A stretch of 51,088 nt of DNA from Octopus bimaculoides (taxonomy: Eukaryota): the NCBI RefSeq assembly GCF_001194135.2, contig NC_068986.1, forward strand, positions 85,432,491 to 85,483,578, in the 5' to 3' direction. The position numbers were made by a program, and so were the translations under genes. Below, in pieces: positions 1 through 13,437 of this stretch. Every line of letters begins with the position of its first letter. The first letter of the stretch is position 1. The notes beneath the pieces were generated by a model. That model did no database searches, was not told the origin of the DNA, and was given only the letters and a program-made list of their open reading frames with translations.

Positions 1-1959
1 TATATATATATATATATATATATATATGCTTATGTGTGTTTGTGTCTGCGCGCGTTTACTTGAGTGTGTGCGTTGGAGTGTGCATGTGTGCGCGAGTGTA
101 TGTATGTGTGAGTGTGTGTTTGTAAGTTTGTTGTCGGGTAACTATCTGCAAAAGTAAACAGCGCGATCGTAGAATGCAATAGCTTAATTGACGCCAGTAA
201 ACTGTCACTCTGTAATTTCCATGTTTTTACAATCAGTTCTTCCGACAAATCAGACCGGGATCGTCCAAGTTGTTTCAGAATGCCACCGCACACTATGGTA
301 ACAAATCATCACGCTTAATGGTGGTTGTAGTGAAATTAGCTGTTTTGCTGTTGGCTGTGATGCTGGTGATAATTATGAGGATGCTGTGTTATGTCTGCTT
401 CATTGTTTGACAGTAACTGTAATTAGCATATTTGTATGTTATACATATACATGTAAAATGCGACGACATTCAACTTCAGACATACAAGCACACACCTATG
501 TCTGTAAGTATAAATTTAAGTGTGTTGGATGTACGTGTATGGTCATGCATTTCCTGTATAAACAACTGATATAATCTACGTGTCTTCATTGTATTTATGT
601 ATATGTGTGTATACCATATTAATGCAAACAAGAATGCATGTGTGTATATGTCCTGTTAATGTATGAACAGGTGTGCGTATACGTCGTGTTTGTGTCTATT
701 TACATGCCATGTTCTGTTGTATGTCTGCATATGTTTTGCGCGAGTAGCTGTGATAATATCTTCAGGGATCATATGTGTGTACCTTTGTGGAAAAGTTAGT
801 CGTGTGTACGTATATATTAAAATGAGAGCCTATGTATGCGTTTGTGAGTGAGTGAGTGTGTGTATGTGTGCCCTCGCGCGCGGGCGTGCATTTATGTGTG
901 TCGCTATATCTAAGTAGCGTATTCATCTCTGATTAAGATTTTGCACGCGTACTGTATGTAAGCGTGTTCATTAACAATACATTGTCAATCACATTACCAT
1001 AATCATACGCGTCATCATACGCGTCGTCATCATAATCATCAGGAGCAACAGCAGCCGCAGCAGCAGCAGCGGCGGCGGCAGAAGAGTGATATGCGTATGT
1101 ACACATTAATTGCAATATTGTTCTCCGGAAATAATCTCACATCTCCATATCTCTAATACGATTTGTGGCTTTAAACATATAGCTAATACTTTTTCCACTT
1201 GGATAACAGATGCCCCGCCATCTCAATCTCTTTACTTCTATTGAAGCACTCGATATACTGCTAATTGCGAAACACTTAGCCATACACTCATCCTTATTAT
1301 TTCTATGCTTTTATGTGTGTGTGCTTGTATGCACATATATATNNNNNNNNNNNNNNNNNNNNNNNNNNNNNNNNNNNNNNNNNNNNNNNNNNNNNNNNNN
1401 NNNNNNNNNNNNNNNNNNNNNNNNNNNNNNNNNNNNNNNNNNNNNNNNNNNNNNNNNNNNNNNNNNNNNNNNNNNNNNNNNNNNNNNNNNNNNNNNNNNN
1501 NNNNNNNNNNNNNNNNNNNNNNNNNNNNNNNNNNNNNNNNNNNNNNNNNNNNNNNNNNNNNNNNNNNNNNNNNNNNNNTAAATATATATATATTTGTATA
1601 TATATTATAATGGATTAATTACTATGAAGCATTGTGTAGAATATATTGTATAAAAGATCGTGGGTAAGGCCAAAACAATGTGAAGTAAATGCAAGGTAAA
1701 TCACAAGAAAACAAATATGTGAATTAATGCAGACTTACCTTGTATTCAATATTTTGGGGTTTGGCAACATTTGTCAGTTTACAAGGTAAGGCACATTAAT
1801 TCTACAGTCTTATTTTCCTCTTCAATATGACCTCCAGTCTTTTATGTCTAACGTACATCGTCACCTATTGACTTCTGTCTAGCGTCTATTTCATTCTAGT
1901 AGCTGTTAAGTTTTCAGTGCTCTATGGACCTTGTAACGAGCGAATGCTTTAAAAATATA

Positions 1960-2216
1960 ACAAAAAATGGAAACGATGAAACGCAAAGACGATCTCGGCA
2001 GAATTTGAACCCGGAACAAAAAGTATCTTCAAGAAAAGCTACAAGTATCTTATCTGGATACAAGTATTTTATTTTGCCAGTTGGCTGCCTTAATAATAAT
2101 CCTTTCTGTTTATAGGAAAAAGGCTTCAAACTTTTAAAGGAGAAGCCAAGTCGATTGCATCGAAATGCTTCTAAGCATTTTACTCGGTGCGTTAACGATT
2201 CTGCTAGCTCGCCACA
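1960..2216 (-). mobile_element. Two degraded family-B SINE fragments (about 1960-2090 and 2144-2216)
   Basis: The reverse complement contains the B-box-like GTTCCGGGTTCAAATTCTGCCG and the head GTGGCGAGCTAGCAGAATCGTTAACGCACCGAG. Both match the family-B copy at 35471. Confidence 0.6.
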
Positions 2217-2236
2217 TTAATATTAATCATAATATC

Positions 2237-2510
2237 GGTTTCACAATTCGGCACAAAGCCAGCAATTTTAAGGGAGGAACTAACTCAATTACGTCGACCT
2301 TAGTACTCAACTTGCTACGAGTCCATCAATTTAGGGGAAAGAAGTAAGTCGATTACATCGATCCCAGTGTTCGGTTGGTACTTGTTTTATCGACCCGAAA
2401 ATATGAAAGGCAAAGTCGACCTTTGCAGAATTCGAACTCACGACGTAAAATCGGACGAAATGCCACTAAGCATTTTATTTGGCGCTGTAACAAATCTGCC
2501 AGTTTACCGC
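2237..2510 (-). mobile_element. tRNA-derived SINE, family B, with a partly duplicated 3' part
   Basis: The reverse complement has GAGTTCGAATTCTGCAAAGGTCGACTTTGCCTTTCATATTTTCGGGTCGATAAAACAAGTACC, matching 35471-35690. Confidence 0.8.
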
Positions 2511-3931
2511 ATTAATATCTATGATAATGTCGCCAACGGGGAGAAACTAGAATCAATTAATCGTATCTATAAAAAATATTCGGCGAAGGAAACACTTCGT
2601 AGTATTGAACCCACAGTAGGCTACACCATACTGCACAGAATTCACTTCCAAAATTCTTTCGCTCATCTTTCAAATAATCAAATATTATTATATGAGTCAT
2701 TTAGCAACTGACACGAACAGGACTTAATTGGTCAATTCTGACACCAACTTGTTCACCTTTCTTTCCTTCCTTCCTGACATCCTTACCTCCATCCTCACTT
2801 TCTTTCTCTTTTTCTGTGCTTCTTATTGAACAGAAGATTCAAAATTTATCTATTTTGATTGTCTCTCGGAAGAAGCTACTCTCCCTGGATATATATCTAC
2901 CTACTGGCAGATCTAGTCACTCTGTCGAACATCTTAGAATGACTTTTGTAGCGCAATATCGTCATTTATTGAACTAATCTGTTAAACTGATATATTGTTT
3001 GTGACACGGAGCCTTCTACAGCGGACGTGTACAACATACGTGCTTAGATACACACAGAGACACACATAGGTTCATAAATACATGTATACTGCATAGACGC
3101 ATACATTTATATGTATGCATATATATAAATATATGCACAAAAACGCACGCGCGCACACACGCATATATGTATGCGTGTATGTATACGTATTTGTATGCAT
3201 CTATATGAGTGTTTTGGATATGTGTACATGTGTGTGTACATATGTATTTAGGTTTTGATGCATTGATAGAGGCATACATACATACTTACATAACGCGTAC
3301 ATTCATACATATATATATATATATATATATANNNNNNNNNNNNNNNNNNNNNNNNNNNNNNNNNNNNNNNNNNNNNNNNNNNNNNNNNNNNNNNNNNNNN
3401 NNNNNNNNNNNNNNNNNNNNNNNNNNNNNNNNNNNNNNNNNNNNNNNNNNNNNNNNNNNNNNNNNNNNNNNNNNNNNNNNNNNNNNNNNNNNNNNNNNNN
3501 NNNNNNNNNNNNNNNNNNNNNNNNNNNNNNNNNNNNNNNNNNNNNNNNNNNNNNNNNNNNNNNNNNNNNNNNNNNNNNNNNNNNNNNNNNNNNNNNNNNN
3601 NNNNNNNNNNNNNNNNNNNNNNNNNNNNNNNNNNNNNNNNNNNNNNNNNNNNNNNNNNNNNNNNNNNNNNNNNNNNNNNNNNNNNNNNNNNNNNNNNNNN
3701 NNNNNNNNNNNNNNNNNNNNNNNNNNNNNNNNNNNNNNNNNNNNNNNNNNNNNNNNNNCATGGTTTTGTTGTAATCACCAAAACGATGATTAATGCTCAT
3801 CGAAGTAGAAATGATTTCGCATAAAACTACATACACATTGCTATGCACTCACTTAACCACATGCATATACTCACAGTCCTATATATATATTTGTAGTTTT
3901 ATACTCGAGCGTACACACACTTGCACACTCC

Positions 3932-4361
<430 letters not shown>

Positions 4362-4719
4362 CACATAATTATGTGCAGATCTATGAAGAAAAACTACAAA
4401 TGCATAAACTGCAGTGTCACTGTATTGACCGAAGTCCAGCTGGAATTTGATATGTTAATATTAGTGTCGTACGTTCATTACAGACTATAATATCAGTGTT
4501 GTAAGCATTGATATCATAGTTTGCTAAATCCGCAATGATATTTATACTATGTTTCACTGAAAAGAAACCATTTAGATCGAAACACATTCTTTGTCACACT
4601 TCCATTTTTCCTTAATCTTTAAGAAATAAAAATATCACAGTATAGTTATTTATATTGGCTACAAACTCGGACACAGTTAAACTGGTCCGCCGAATATGTA
4701 TTTATTTATACTTGCTGAG

Positions 4720-5010
4720 GAGTGGTAGGGTTCATGGGCTATCAATGAAACTAGCAATGTTCCTCTTGAATGTTTGTTAGCCAATAATTTCGAAAAAGAT
4801 AAATAGAAAGCCGACATTCTAGAAAGAAAGGAAAAACTGAGTGTAGTGATTACTGCTTAGCCTGGTTGAGTTGTATAATGCAAAAGTAATGAAGGAAGTA
4901 GTAACGGGTGTGCCTAAAATGATTAGGAGATAGTATAGACTTAGACATATCCGAGGAACAGAAAGCTTTGTTGTAGCCGCAGAACAGTCACAGGGAGGAG
5001 AGAATGTATA
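4720..5010 (-). mobile_element. Decayed 3' fragment of a CR1/L2-group LINE
   Basis: The minus strand translates as SSL*LFCGYNKAFCSSDMSKSILSPNHFRHTRY. This resembles the C-terminal SLxLFYRYYxGxCSxEL...RxTR motif of CR1-group ORF2 (recalled consensus). Confidence 0.45.
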
Positions 5011-5634
5011 GAACATGGGCTTCATTATCAATCAATAATACCTTAATGATGTTTCGTGATTATTTGTAATGTAAAATACGGTAAATCTTTGATTAACAGA
5101 AAAATTGAAGCACCTTCTGAAAAATAAACAAAAATAGTTGCATGAGCTTTTTATCTTCCCGTGGACAAGTAAAGTAGGTTGAAGTCTTCTGGGATCTCCA
5201 GCTGAGGAAGAATGTACAACTTCGGGCCATTGCGATCTCAGTAAAAATACCCCGTTAAGATTTCCTCATAATTTCTAGCAGTGAAAGTGGACACATAGAG
5301 AATTAAAAATTTAGCTCATATTTACTACTTCAAGATATTATTTACTACATTGGGATAGTTAAAATGTCGATCTTCACATTCTGAAATTTCCCTATAAACT
5401 ATCTCTAGTTTGGAAGATCAGTTTCCAATCTATGCGACATCTTTAGCAATTAACCACCGCAGCGGTGTATACTCAGTCGCTAGAGAAAGCAGTAGTTCAT
5501 TCCACCTCGCAATATATAGAGAACAAGTGACGCTGATCTTCCGACCAGCAAATTAGCTGGTTAGAAAATCTCTATAAGAGATGATAGCAATAACTAAACT
5601 GAGAAGTCATCCTTATCACCACCTAAACATGGTT

Positions 5635-5834
5635 GTCTCGTAGGAACCAACGTTATTGATAATATAACCCCAGGAGAATGACCACAAAGAGGTCGAAACC
5701 GTACGTTATGGAGGTCGTGTGTCTAAAAGTTGGTTAGATTTCACTGCTCTGCTTGCAATATATGTCATCGAATAACCAACTGGTGGAGCGCCCTCCTGGG
5801 GTTAAAAATAGTAGTACATCGGTTCCTACAGAAC
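5635..5834. repeat. Element with imperfect terminal inverted repeats (MITE-like, about 200 bp)
   Basis: Left arm GTAGGAACC-N16-TAACCCCAGGAG (5640-5676); right arm is its reverse complement CTCCTGGGGTTA-N16-GGTTCCTAC (5793-5829), with identical spacing. Confidence 0.5.
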
Positions 5835-6013
5835 AAACGCCGGTGTTAAAACGCGGGTAGCTGATGAAGAAGAATGTTCTCTATGTGGCTTGTGTGTTTT
5901 CTCGTCTACGTTTTGTTTGCAATGTCCTGTACCCAGATATGCACCTATACATACAGGTGGATGTCGGTTTGCACATACCTGTACGTATATATGCATATAC
6001 TCATTTACTATTT

Positions 6014-6016
<3 letters not shown>

Positions 6017-6100
<84 letters not shown>

Positions 6101-6454
6101 TACATATAATTGAAAACCAAGAGGAGAGTGGAGATTTATTCACGCCTAAAACTTTTCTACAGAGTGTATAACAATGACCAGGATACGATTCTACTGAACC
6201 AACTACACATTGCTCTGTATGGAATTACGCACCCTATTCGCTACAATTTTATCAAGGCTCCATCATTTACGATGTTTTCAAAGTGAACTAATTCAAACAA
6301 TCTTTCAGCGTTGGTATCCAGTTGAAGGTGATTGCGTTACATTTTAAACCGAATTGAATTCTGGTCTTATAATCACCTCTACTGGTATTACAGTTGAATC
6401 GTAGTTTTAAAACGTTTATTTATGTTACAATTAATTGCAGTAGTTTTGTTTTCT

Positions 6455-6542
<88 letters not shown>

Positions 6543-6558
6543 NNNNNNNNNNNNNNNC

Positions 6559-6587
<29 letters not shown>
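6017..6587. repeat. (TA)n+(GATA)n at 6017-6100 and (CA)n at 6458-6587
   Basis: Directly visible. Confidence 0.95.
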
Positions 6588-6589
<2 letters not shown>

Positions 6590-7016
6590 GAGAAACATGC
6601 ATACATATCACCCATTTTCCTCCTACGCTATTATGTATATGTGAACGGCGCCGCTTCCTATTTTCTGCCATATTCCGTAACTATCTTCCTCACTTAAATT
6701 CTTCTCTCTACACCAGTCCAACAACTCGTTTCTCTCCCTCTCACTCATTCTGTACCTCACCTTGTCTCTCATCTCTCAATTACTCAGTTTATTAGCCCTT
6801 CGCTTTCATAGCATTAACTCTTTTTTTATATTCTTATTTTATCCCTCTCCCTCTCTTTCTTTCGCTCTCTCTTCCTCTGTCTCCCAAATCCAACAATCCC
6901 ATTCTCAAATTCTTTAACTTTTCTCCAATTTATTTGTCGGTCCCTTATTTTCTTTCTCTCTTACACTTTCACTCACTCGGTTCATTTACATCGTTCAATT
7001 CTCTTTCGCTCTCTTT

Positions 7017-7017
7017 C

Positions 7018-7060
<43 letters not shown>

Positions 7061-7232
7061 GTCTGTCTGTCTGTCTGTCTATCTGTCTGTCTGTCTGTCT
7101 GTCTATCTGTCTGTCTGTCTATCTGTCTGTCTGTCTGTCTATCTGTCTGTCTGTCTGTCTGTGTGTTTGTCTGTGTGTCTGTCTGTGTATCTGTGTGTCT
7201 GTGTGTCTGTCTGCCTGTCTGTCTGTCTGTCT
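7017..7232. repeat. (TCTG)n / (TCTA) tetranucleotide microsatellite
   Basis: Directly visible. Confidence 0.95.
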
Positions 7233-7339
7233 CTCTCTCAAATATTCACGCTTATGCAAATTCAATACATCTATATTCCTTCTCCCTTTCCGTAATCTCA
7301 TCTTACCTGCATCACTATTTCCTTACCTCTCTTCACTAC

Positions 7340-7392
7340 ACCGTCACCACTACCACCATCACCATCGCCATACCTTTCTCCACACTCTCCCG

Positions 7393-7449
<57 letters not shown>

Positions 7450-8995
7450 TTACTGCTGCTACTACTACTACTACTATTACTGCTACCACCACCACTACTA
7501 CTACTACTACCACTACTACTACTACTACTACTACTATTCCTGCTACTACCACCACCACCACAACAACCACCACCACCACCACCACTACTACTACTACTAC
7601 TATTACTGCTACCACCACCACTACTACTACTACTACCACTACTANNNNNNNNNNNNNNNNNNNNNNNNNNNNNNNNNNNNNNNNNNNNNNNNNNNNNNNN
7701 NNNNNNNNNNNNNNNNNNNNNNNNNNNNNNNNNNNNNNNNNNNNNNNNNNNNNNNNNNNNNNNNNNNNNNNNNNNNNNNNNNNNNNNNNNNNNNNNNNNN
7801 NNNNNNNNNNNNNNNNNNNNNNNNNNNNNNNNNNNNNNNNNNNNNNNNNNNNNNNNNNNNNNNNNNNNNNNNNNNNNNNNNNNNNNNNNNNNNNNNNNNN
7901 NNNNNNNNNNNNNNNNNNNNNNNNNNNNNNNNNNNNNNNNNNNNNNNNNNNNNNNNNNNNNNNNNNNNNNNNNNNNNNNNNNNNNNNNNNNNNNNNNNNN
8001 NNNNNNNNNNNNNNNNNNNNNNNNNNNNNNNNNNNNNNNNNNNNNNNNNNNNNNNNNNNNNNNNNNNNNNNNNNNNNNNNNNNNNNNNNNNNNNNNNNNN
8101 NNNNNNNNNNNNNNNNNNNNNNNNNNNNNNNNNNNNNNNNNNNNNNNNNNNNNNNNNNNNNNNNNNNNNNNNNNNNNNNNNNNNNNNNNNNNNNNNNNNN
8201 NNNNNNNNNNNNNNNNNNNNNNNNNNNNNNNNNNNNNNNNNNNNNNNNNNNNNNNNNNNNNNNNNNNNNNNNNNNNNNNNNNNNNNNNNNNNNNNNNNNN
8301 NNNNNNNNNNNNNNNNNNNNNNNNNNNNNNNNNNNNNNNNNNNNNNNNNNNNNNNNNNNNNNNNNNNNNNNNGTCCGCCTCCGCGTCCGCCTCCGCCTCC
8401 TGCTCCACCGCCTCCTCCGCCGCCGCCTCCACCGCCGCCGCCGCCACCACCACGACAATATATCCTCCCCCAACGCGACCATAACAACCCTCATGACCAC
8501 CATGGCTATCACCACAACAACCAATGCAACCACCACCAGTACTACCACTTGTGCAACAATTAAAGTACAGGCGTAACTACTTCCACCTTCGCAACGTTAA
8601 ACAACTACCGCTGTTACCATTACCAGTACTATCTCCACCACAGTACCACCACAGTACCATCGCTCATCAGCACCATAGCCACGACTACCACTACCACCGC
8701 ATCCATCACACTCCACCATCACTACTACTTTCACTACTGCCAGCACCAATACCATTATTGTACAGTCACAACTACAACCAACACCATCACCACTACCACC
8801 ACCACCACTATTTCTGACATCAATACCACCACAATATTAGCAAGACTATTGCAGTGACTATCACCACCACCACCACCACCACCACAATTCTTCTCTCCGC
8901 CTCCGCCACCGCGACCACCTTCATCACCACAACGACAACAACAACAACAACGACAGCAACAACAACAACAACAACAACAACAACAGCAACAATTG
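7340..8995. repeat. Degenerate (CTA/CCA/CCG/CAA)n trinucleotide region spanning the gap at 7645-8372
   Basis: Directly visible; it produces the poly-L/Y/P/T pseudo-ORFs. Confidence 0.9.
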
Positions 8996-9347
8996 CTTAA
9001 ACACAAAATAAACCAACTACCCACAATGCAATTCAAGAAACCAAGGTGCAACCTCAACATGGTCACTCAATATGCTAGAAATACAGCCGTATTTTCCACA
9101 AATTACAACCTTCTAGAGTTTTCAAAGAGGAAGAACATGTTGGACAATGTTTTCCTTGGCATGCCAGATGTGATGATCGCGGTTCGAATAGGCTTGACAA
9201 CAAAACAACGACAAAACACTATTTGAACTACTACTGTGTGAACAACGATTTTGTGGCTGCTCGGCCTGCTAAAAATAGCAGTCAGATTGTTTCAAACTGC
9301 TATATTATTCTGAAATCACATGACAACGTGGAAATTTCTTCAGTCAT

Positions 9348-9752
9348 ACTCTTTTACTCTTTTACTCATTTACTTGTTTCAGTCATTTGACTGTGGCCAT
9401 GCTGGAGCACCGCCTTTAGTCGAGCAAATCGATCCCAGGACTTATTCTTTGGATGCCTAGTACTTATTCTATCGGTCTCTTTTGCCGAACCGCTAAGTTA
9501 CGGGGACATAAACATACCAGCATCAGTTGTCAATTGATGTTGGGGAAACAAAAACAGACACACAAACTTACGCACAAACATACATATACATATATACGAC
9601 GGGCTTCTTTCAGTTTCCGTCTACCAAATCCACTCACAAGGCTTTGGTCGGCCCGAAGCTATAGTAGAAGACACTTGCCCAAGGTGCCACGCAGTGGGAC
9701 TGAACTTGGAATCATGTGGCTGGAAAGCAAGCTACCTACCACACAGCCACTC
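9348..9752 (-). mobile_element. Full-length tRNA-derived SINE, family A (CORE-like body)
   Basis: The reverse complement starts GAGTGGCTGTGTGGTAGG (A box), has GTTCAGTCCC (B box) and GGCACCTTGGGCAAGTGTC (similar to the CORE ACCTTGGGCAAGT motif), and ends in an (AGTAAAAG)n tail. It is highly similar to 10054-10597 and 40557-40957. Confidence 0.9.
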
Positions 9753-10053
9753 AAAACTATTAAACATAACAGTCACATCTCCCTCAAATACAAACTTCGT
9801 TTTCATCATCATCATCATCACCATGTGTCCTACCTTTGGCAGATCCTTGATGACTACATTCTTCGACTACAATGGAACGTGAGTGGTTGATTTGTAGGAA
9901 GATCATCAGTGAATGCAATAGAGTGTAGATAACCAAGGAAGACATCGTTTCCAAGCCCGACGTGTCAAGGATGGAAGCACTTATACGGACTAACCCCAGC
10001 ACCACCAGCGCTAAAATTACCATCAACGCAAAAAGTAACAAAGAAAGCGAAGA

Positions 10054-10321
10054 GGAGTGGCTGTGTGGTAAGTAGCTTGCTTACCAACCACATGGTTCCG
10101 GGTTCAGTCCCACTGCGTGGCACCTTGGGCAAATGTCTTCTACTATAGCCTCGGGCCGACCAAAACCTTGTGAGTGGATTTGGCAAACGGAAACTGAAAG
10201 AAGCCCGTCGTATATATGTATATANNNNNNNNNNNNNNNNNNNNNNNNNNNNNNNNNNNNNNNNNNNNNNNNNNNNNNNNNNNNNNNNNNNNNNNNNNNN
10301 NNNNNNNNNNNNNNNNNNNNN

Positions 10322-10356
<35 letters not shown>

Positions 10357-10597
10357 ATATGTATGTGTGTGTATATGTTTGTGTGTCTGTGTTTGTCCCA
10401 CTCAGCTTCGCTTGACAACCGATGCTGGTGTGTTTATGTCCCCGTAACTTAGCGGTTCGGCAAAAGAGATCGATAGAATAAGTACTAGGCTTCCAAAGAA
10501 TAAGTCCTGGGGTCGATTTGCTCAGCTAAAGGCAGTGCTCCAGCATGGCCACGGTCAAATGATTGAAACAAGTAAAAGAGTAAAAGAGTAAAGAGTA
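10054..10597 (+). mobile_element. Full-length family-A SINE with an expanded internal (TA)n tract (gap 10225-10321)
   Basis: Reads GGAGTGGCTGTGTGGTAAG (A box), GGGTTCAGTCCC (B box), GGCACCTTGGGCAAATGTC, then the tail GAAACAAGTAAAAGAGTAAAAGAGTA. Confidence 0.92.
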
Positions 10598-10629
10598 GTC
10601 TCCGGAGTCTAGGTGATACCTGGACGGCT

Positions 10630-10810
10630 ACAAATAACAGGTAAATTTTTTTTCGAAATCACACCTTGCCATCCTAACAATGCTCATTCGATAACTCAGT
10701 TTTAGATAGAAATAAAATAAAATAAAAATAAAATGAAAGATTCAGGCAGGGTGTGAACCGCCTTTGATCATGGGTCGAGTATATCTCAGAACTGACAGAG
10801 GGCTAATCAT
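10630..10810 (+). mobile_element. Degraded fragment of a further dispersed repeat (family D); related pieces at about 9250-9300, 28365-28390 and 41835-42000
   Basis: Shared degenerate motifs AAATAGCAG..CAAAT..CTCAAATCACACC and CCTTTGATCAT(A/G)G..GGGCTAA among these loci. Confidence 0.35.
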
Positions 10811-10884
10811 CTTCATTAACTTGCCCGCCGCCGTTGTTTTCTTCACCTGTCCCATCAACAGCAGTAGGAACAACACCAACGGCA

Positions 10885-11074
10885 ATTACTACTACTACTA
10901 CTACTACTACTATCGCCACTGCTGCTGCTGCTGCTTCTGTGGCTGCCACGGTTGCCGCTGCTGCTGCTAATGTTGCTACTACTACTACTACTGCTACTAC
11001 CACTACTATAGCTTCTGCTACTGTTACTGTTGATGCTGTCGCTTTTGCTGCTGTTGCTGCTGCAACTGCTACTG

Positions 11075-11134
<60 letters not shown>

Positions 11135-11155
11135 GCAGCAGCAGCATCATCACTA
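10885..11155. repeat. (CTA)n / (CTG)n trinucleotide region
   Basis: Directly visible. Confidence 0.9.
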
Positions 11156-11975
11156 ATACTCCAGCACCAGCTGTCTCATCGCAACCATCTCTAACGAAAC
11201 CAACTCCATCACATTTATTAACACCAACGCCTACCAACGTCAGTCCCGTCTCCATCAACAACACCATCACCTCTACCACCCCCAGGTCGACTCCCAGCTC
11301 CATCAACACTACCATTACCTCAACGAAACCAACTCACTTTAACCAATACAGCCATCACCTCGGCCAGCATCACCATCATATCTATCAACAACGTTGCTCC
11401 CATCACCATTAGCATCCCCACCTCCACCACCACCACCATACGTACTATCACCTCTGCCACATATGAAGCTAAGCAAGAGCAACCACTTGCTAACCGCCAC
11501 CAAATAGTACAATTATACTTGCAACTATCAACACTATATGAGTGTGTGTGTGTATTTATATATATATATATATGTACACGTATATGCATACATACGCTAC
11601 ATATACACATACACACGTATACATATACATGAAGGGCAGTTTCGATTTCTAAATGTCTGCCTTGTGCTGTTTCCAGTGTTCCTGTAAATTTCTTTGTGTC
11701 ATTCATTGTATGTATGTTTGTACACAGGTATTGCGAAAGCAAAATGCTTAACATGGCTATACTTAACACTGGAATTTACTTTATCTGCCAACAAATATTG
11801 ATACATTATAGGGGTTCTCAACTGTTTCTTTTTTTATCTATAAACCCCTTTGATTCGTATTTCAACCTGCTCACCCCACTCCATAGACATTCGATGCTTA
11901 AAAGCTAGTTTTCTAGAAATTGCTTTCAAAACTCCTATTTTGCTTTTCACTCATTAACTTGTGTAAGTTAAACTG

Positions 11976-12110
11976 TTAGGTTGTCAAGAAAGTTCTTGCG
12001 GAATTTTAAATTTTGGTTTTAAATGATGAACCATCCATTTAGTTTGCATAACGTCACCCAAAGAATAATCCAGTCCCTCATCCACAACCTTTCGGTGTCT
12101 TTTCTACCAA
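11976..12110 (-). mobile_element. Possible mariner 3' end with terminal inverted repeat
   Basis: TTAGGTTGTCAAGAAAGTTCTTGCGG resembles the Hsmar1-type TIR TTAGGTTGGTGCAAAAGTAATTGCGG. The minus strand gives a RKVVDEGLDY-like transposase C-terminus. Confidence 0.4.
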
Positions 12111-12114
12111 TACT

Positions 12115-13437
12115 ATAACTGTCTCAAGGTTAGTTGCACATATGCCACATTTACGAAAACATTACCATCTCGTTTGCTTCAATCCACATCACTGGTTTTG
12201 TGATGAAATCACTAAGTACTGAACTAATCACTACACTCGACATTCCTGTCCGTTGCAATTGCTGATTTAAAAATCTTTAAGATGCATATTAATAGCATAA
12301 ATCTCACTGACTTACGAGAGTTTGCAGGGTCCCTGCGCTCTTCCTCCAGATCCAAAAAGCTGCACTGCTTGACATTCGCGCCGAAAGCTCCAATACGAAC
12401 ATTTCAGAGTGTTTGGATGTCAATTTGAGAACATTGCAGAGGATTGGCAAAGAGTTGGATGAGTCTAATGGGGATTACGAAGGCACGGCAACTCGGATCG
12501 TTCTGATAAGAAAACAACTCATGAATTTGTTTTTGAGATTCGGGCCATGATTGACAGCGATCACTCCAAGTCAATCAGGGACATGGGTGTGTCTGAGCTT
12601 TTTATCAAGAAGATAGTGCATTAAAAATATTGGGTATTCCTCATACAAAGTGAGAAAGGGCCAATTGCTATCCCATGCCATCAATGACAAAAGGAAAGAT
12701 AACGCTACGAAGCTTTTGAACAAACTCAAGCATGTCCTCCAATTGAACATGCTTTGGATTTTTCTCAGACGCGAAAAAATACTGTCACGATCAGATGGGG
12801 AACCGCAAAACATGTACAAAAAGTGATAAAAATCAAACATCCAGTCAGCATCATGGTGTTTGGAGTGATCACTAGTGATAGCGATGTTGTGACTCGATTC
12901 ATCATCCCATGTGACCTCAAACTCAACACGGTGGTCAACACCAAGTGCCTGGAAGAGGTAGTGCTGCTCTGGGTCGAGAGGGTGGCTAATGGTAACACGA
13001 CTCTGCACCATACCACACAAACTGGAAAACCCAGTCATGGCTGTTAGACAATTTCTGCGACCACATCACATCTAACATCTGGCCACCCATCTCCCCAGAT
13101 TGCAACCCCTTTGATTATTATATTTGAGGAGCAGATAAACGAGAGACCAACAAAACTCCCAGTAACACCAAAGATGAACTGAAGGCAATGATTATGGCAG
13201 CGTTGACCAACTTAAACAAGGAGATCGTCTAGAAGAGTTGCAGGAGATTCCGATGTCGTCTGGAGGCCATGGTTGAAGCCAAAGCCAATAGCGATTTTAT
13301 TGAATAAGTTTACCCGTTAGCATTTCAAGATATTTGTATGTAATTTTGATAAATATATCTGCAAAAAAAAAAAGAGAAAAAAAATGAAATGTCAGTGTTA
13401 TTTTCATTTTTGCCTAATTTAGACAATTTATTCACTG
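12115..13437 (+). mobile_element. maT / DD37D (Tc1-mariner superfamily) DNA transposon; transposase pseudogene about 12310-13307
   Basis: Translated pieces: ISECLDVNLRTLQRIGKELDES, FFSDAK, KHPVSIMVFGVITSD, HDSAPYH, WPPISPDCNPFDYY. Exactly 37 residues lie between the second D (GAC 12999) and third D (GAT 13113). It has stops and frameshifts; terminal TAA is at 13305-13307. A right-end TIR-like sequence ends about 13437; no left TIR found. Confidence 0.88.

Noticed and set aside
1733-1800. Strong donor-like sites (AAG|GTAAGT on minus, AAG|GTAAGG on plus)
   Set aside because: I found no acceptor giving an open coding exon.
6934-8563. Long ORFs (516, 466, 416 aa and similar X-containing ORFs elsewhere)
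   Set aside because: They are made of microsatellite translations and N-gaps, which contain no stop codons; there is no protein signal.
10834-11412. 192-aa Thr/Ala-rich mucin-like ORF
   Set aside because: It is built from CTA/CTG/CCA repeats, is open in several frames and on both strands, and has no signal peptide or credible splice context.
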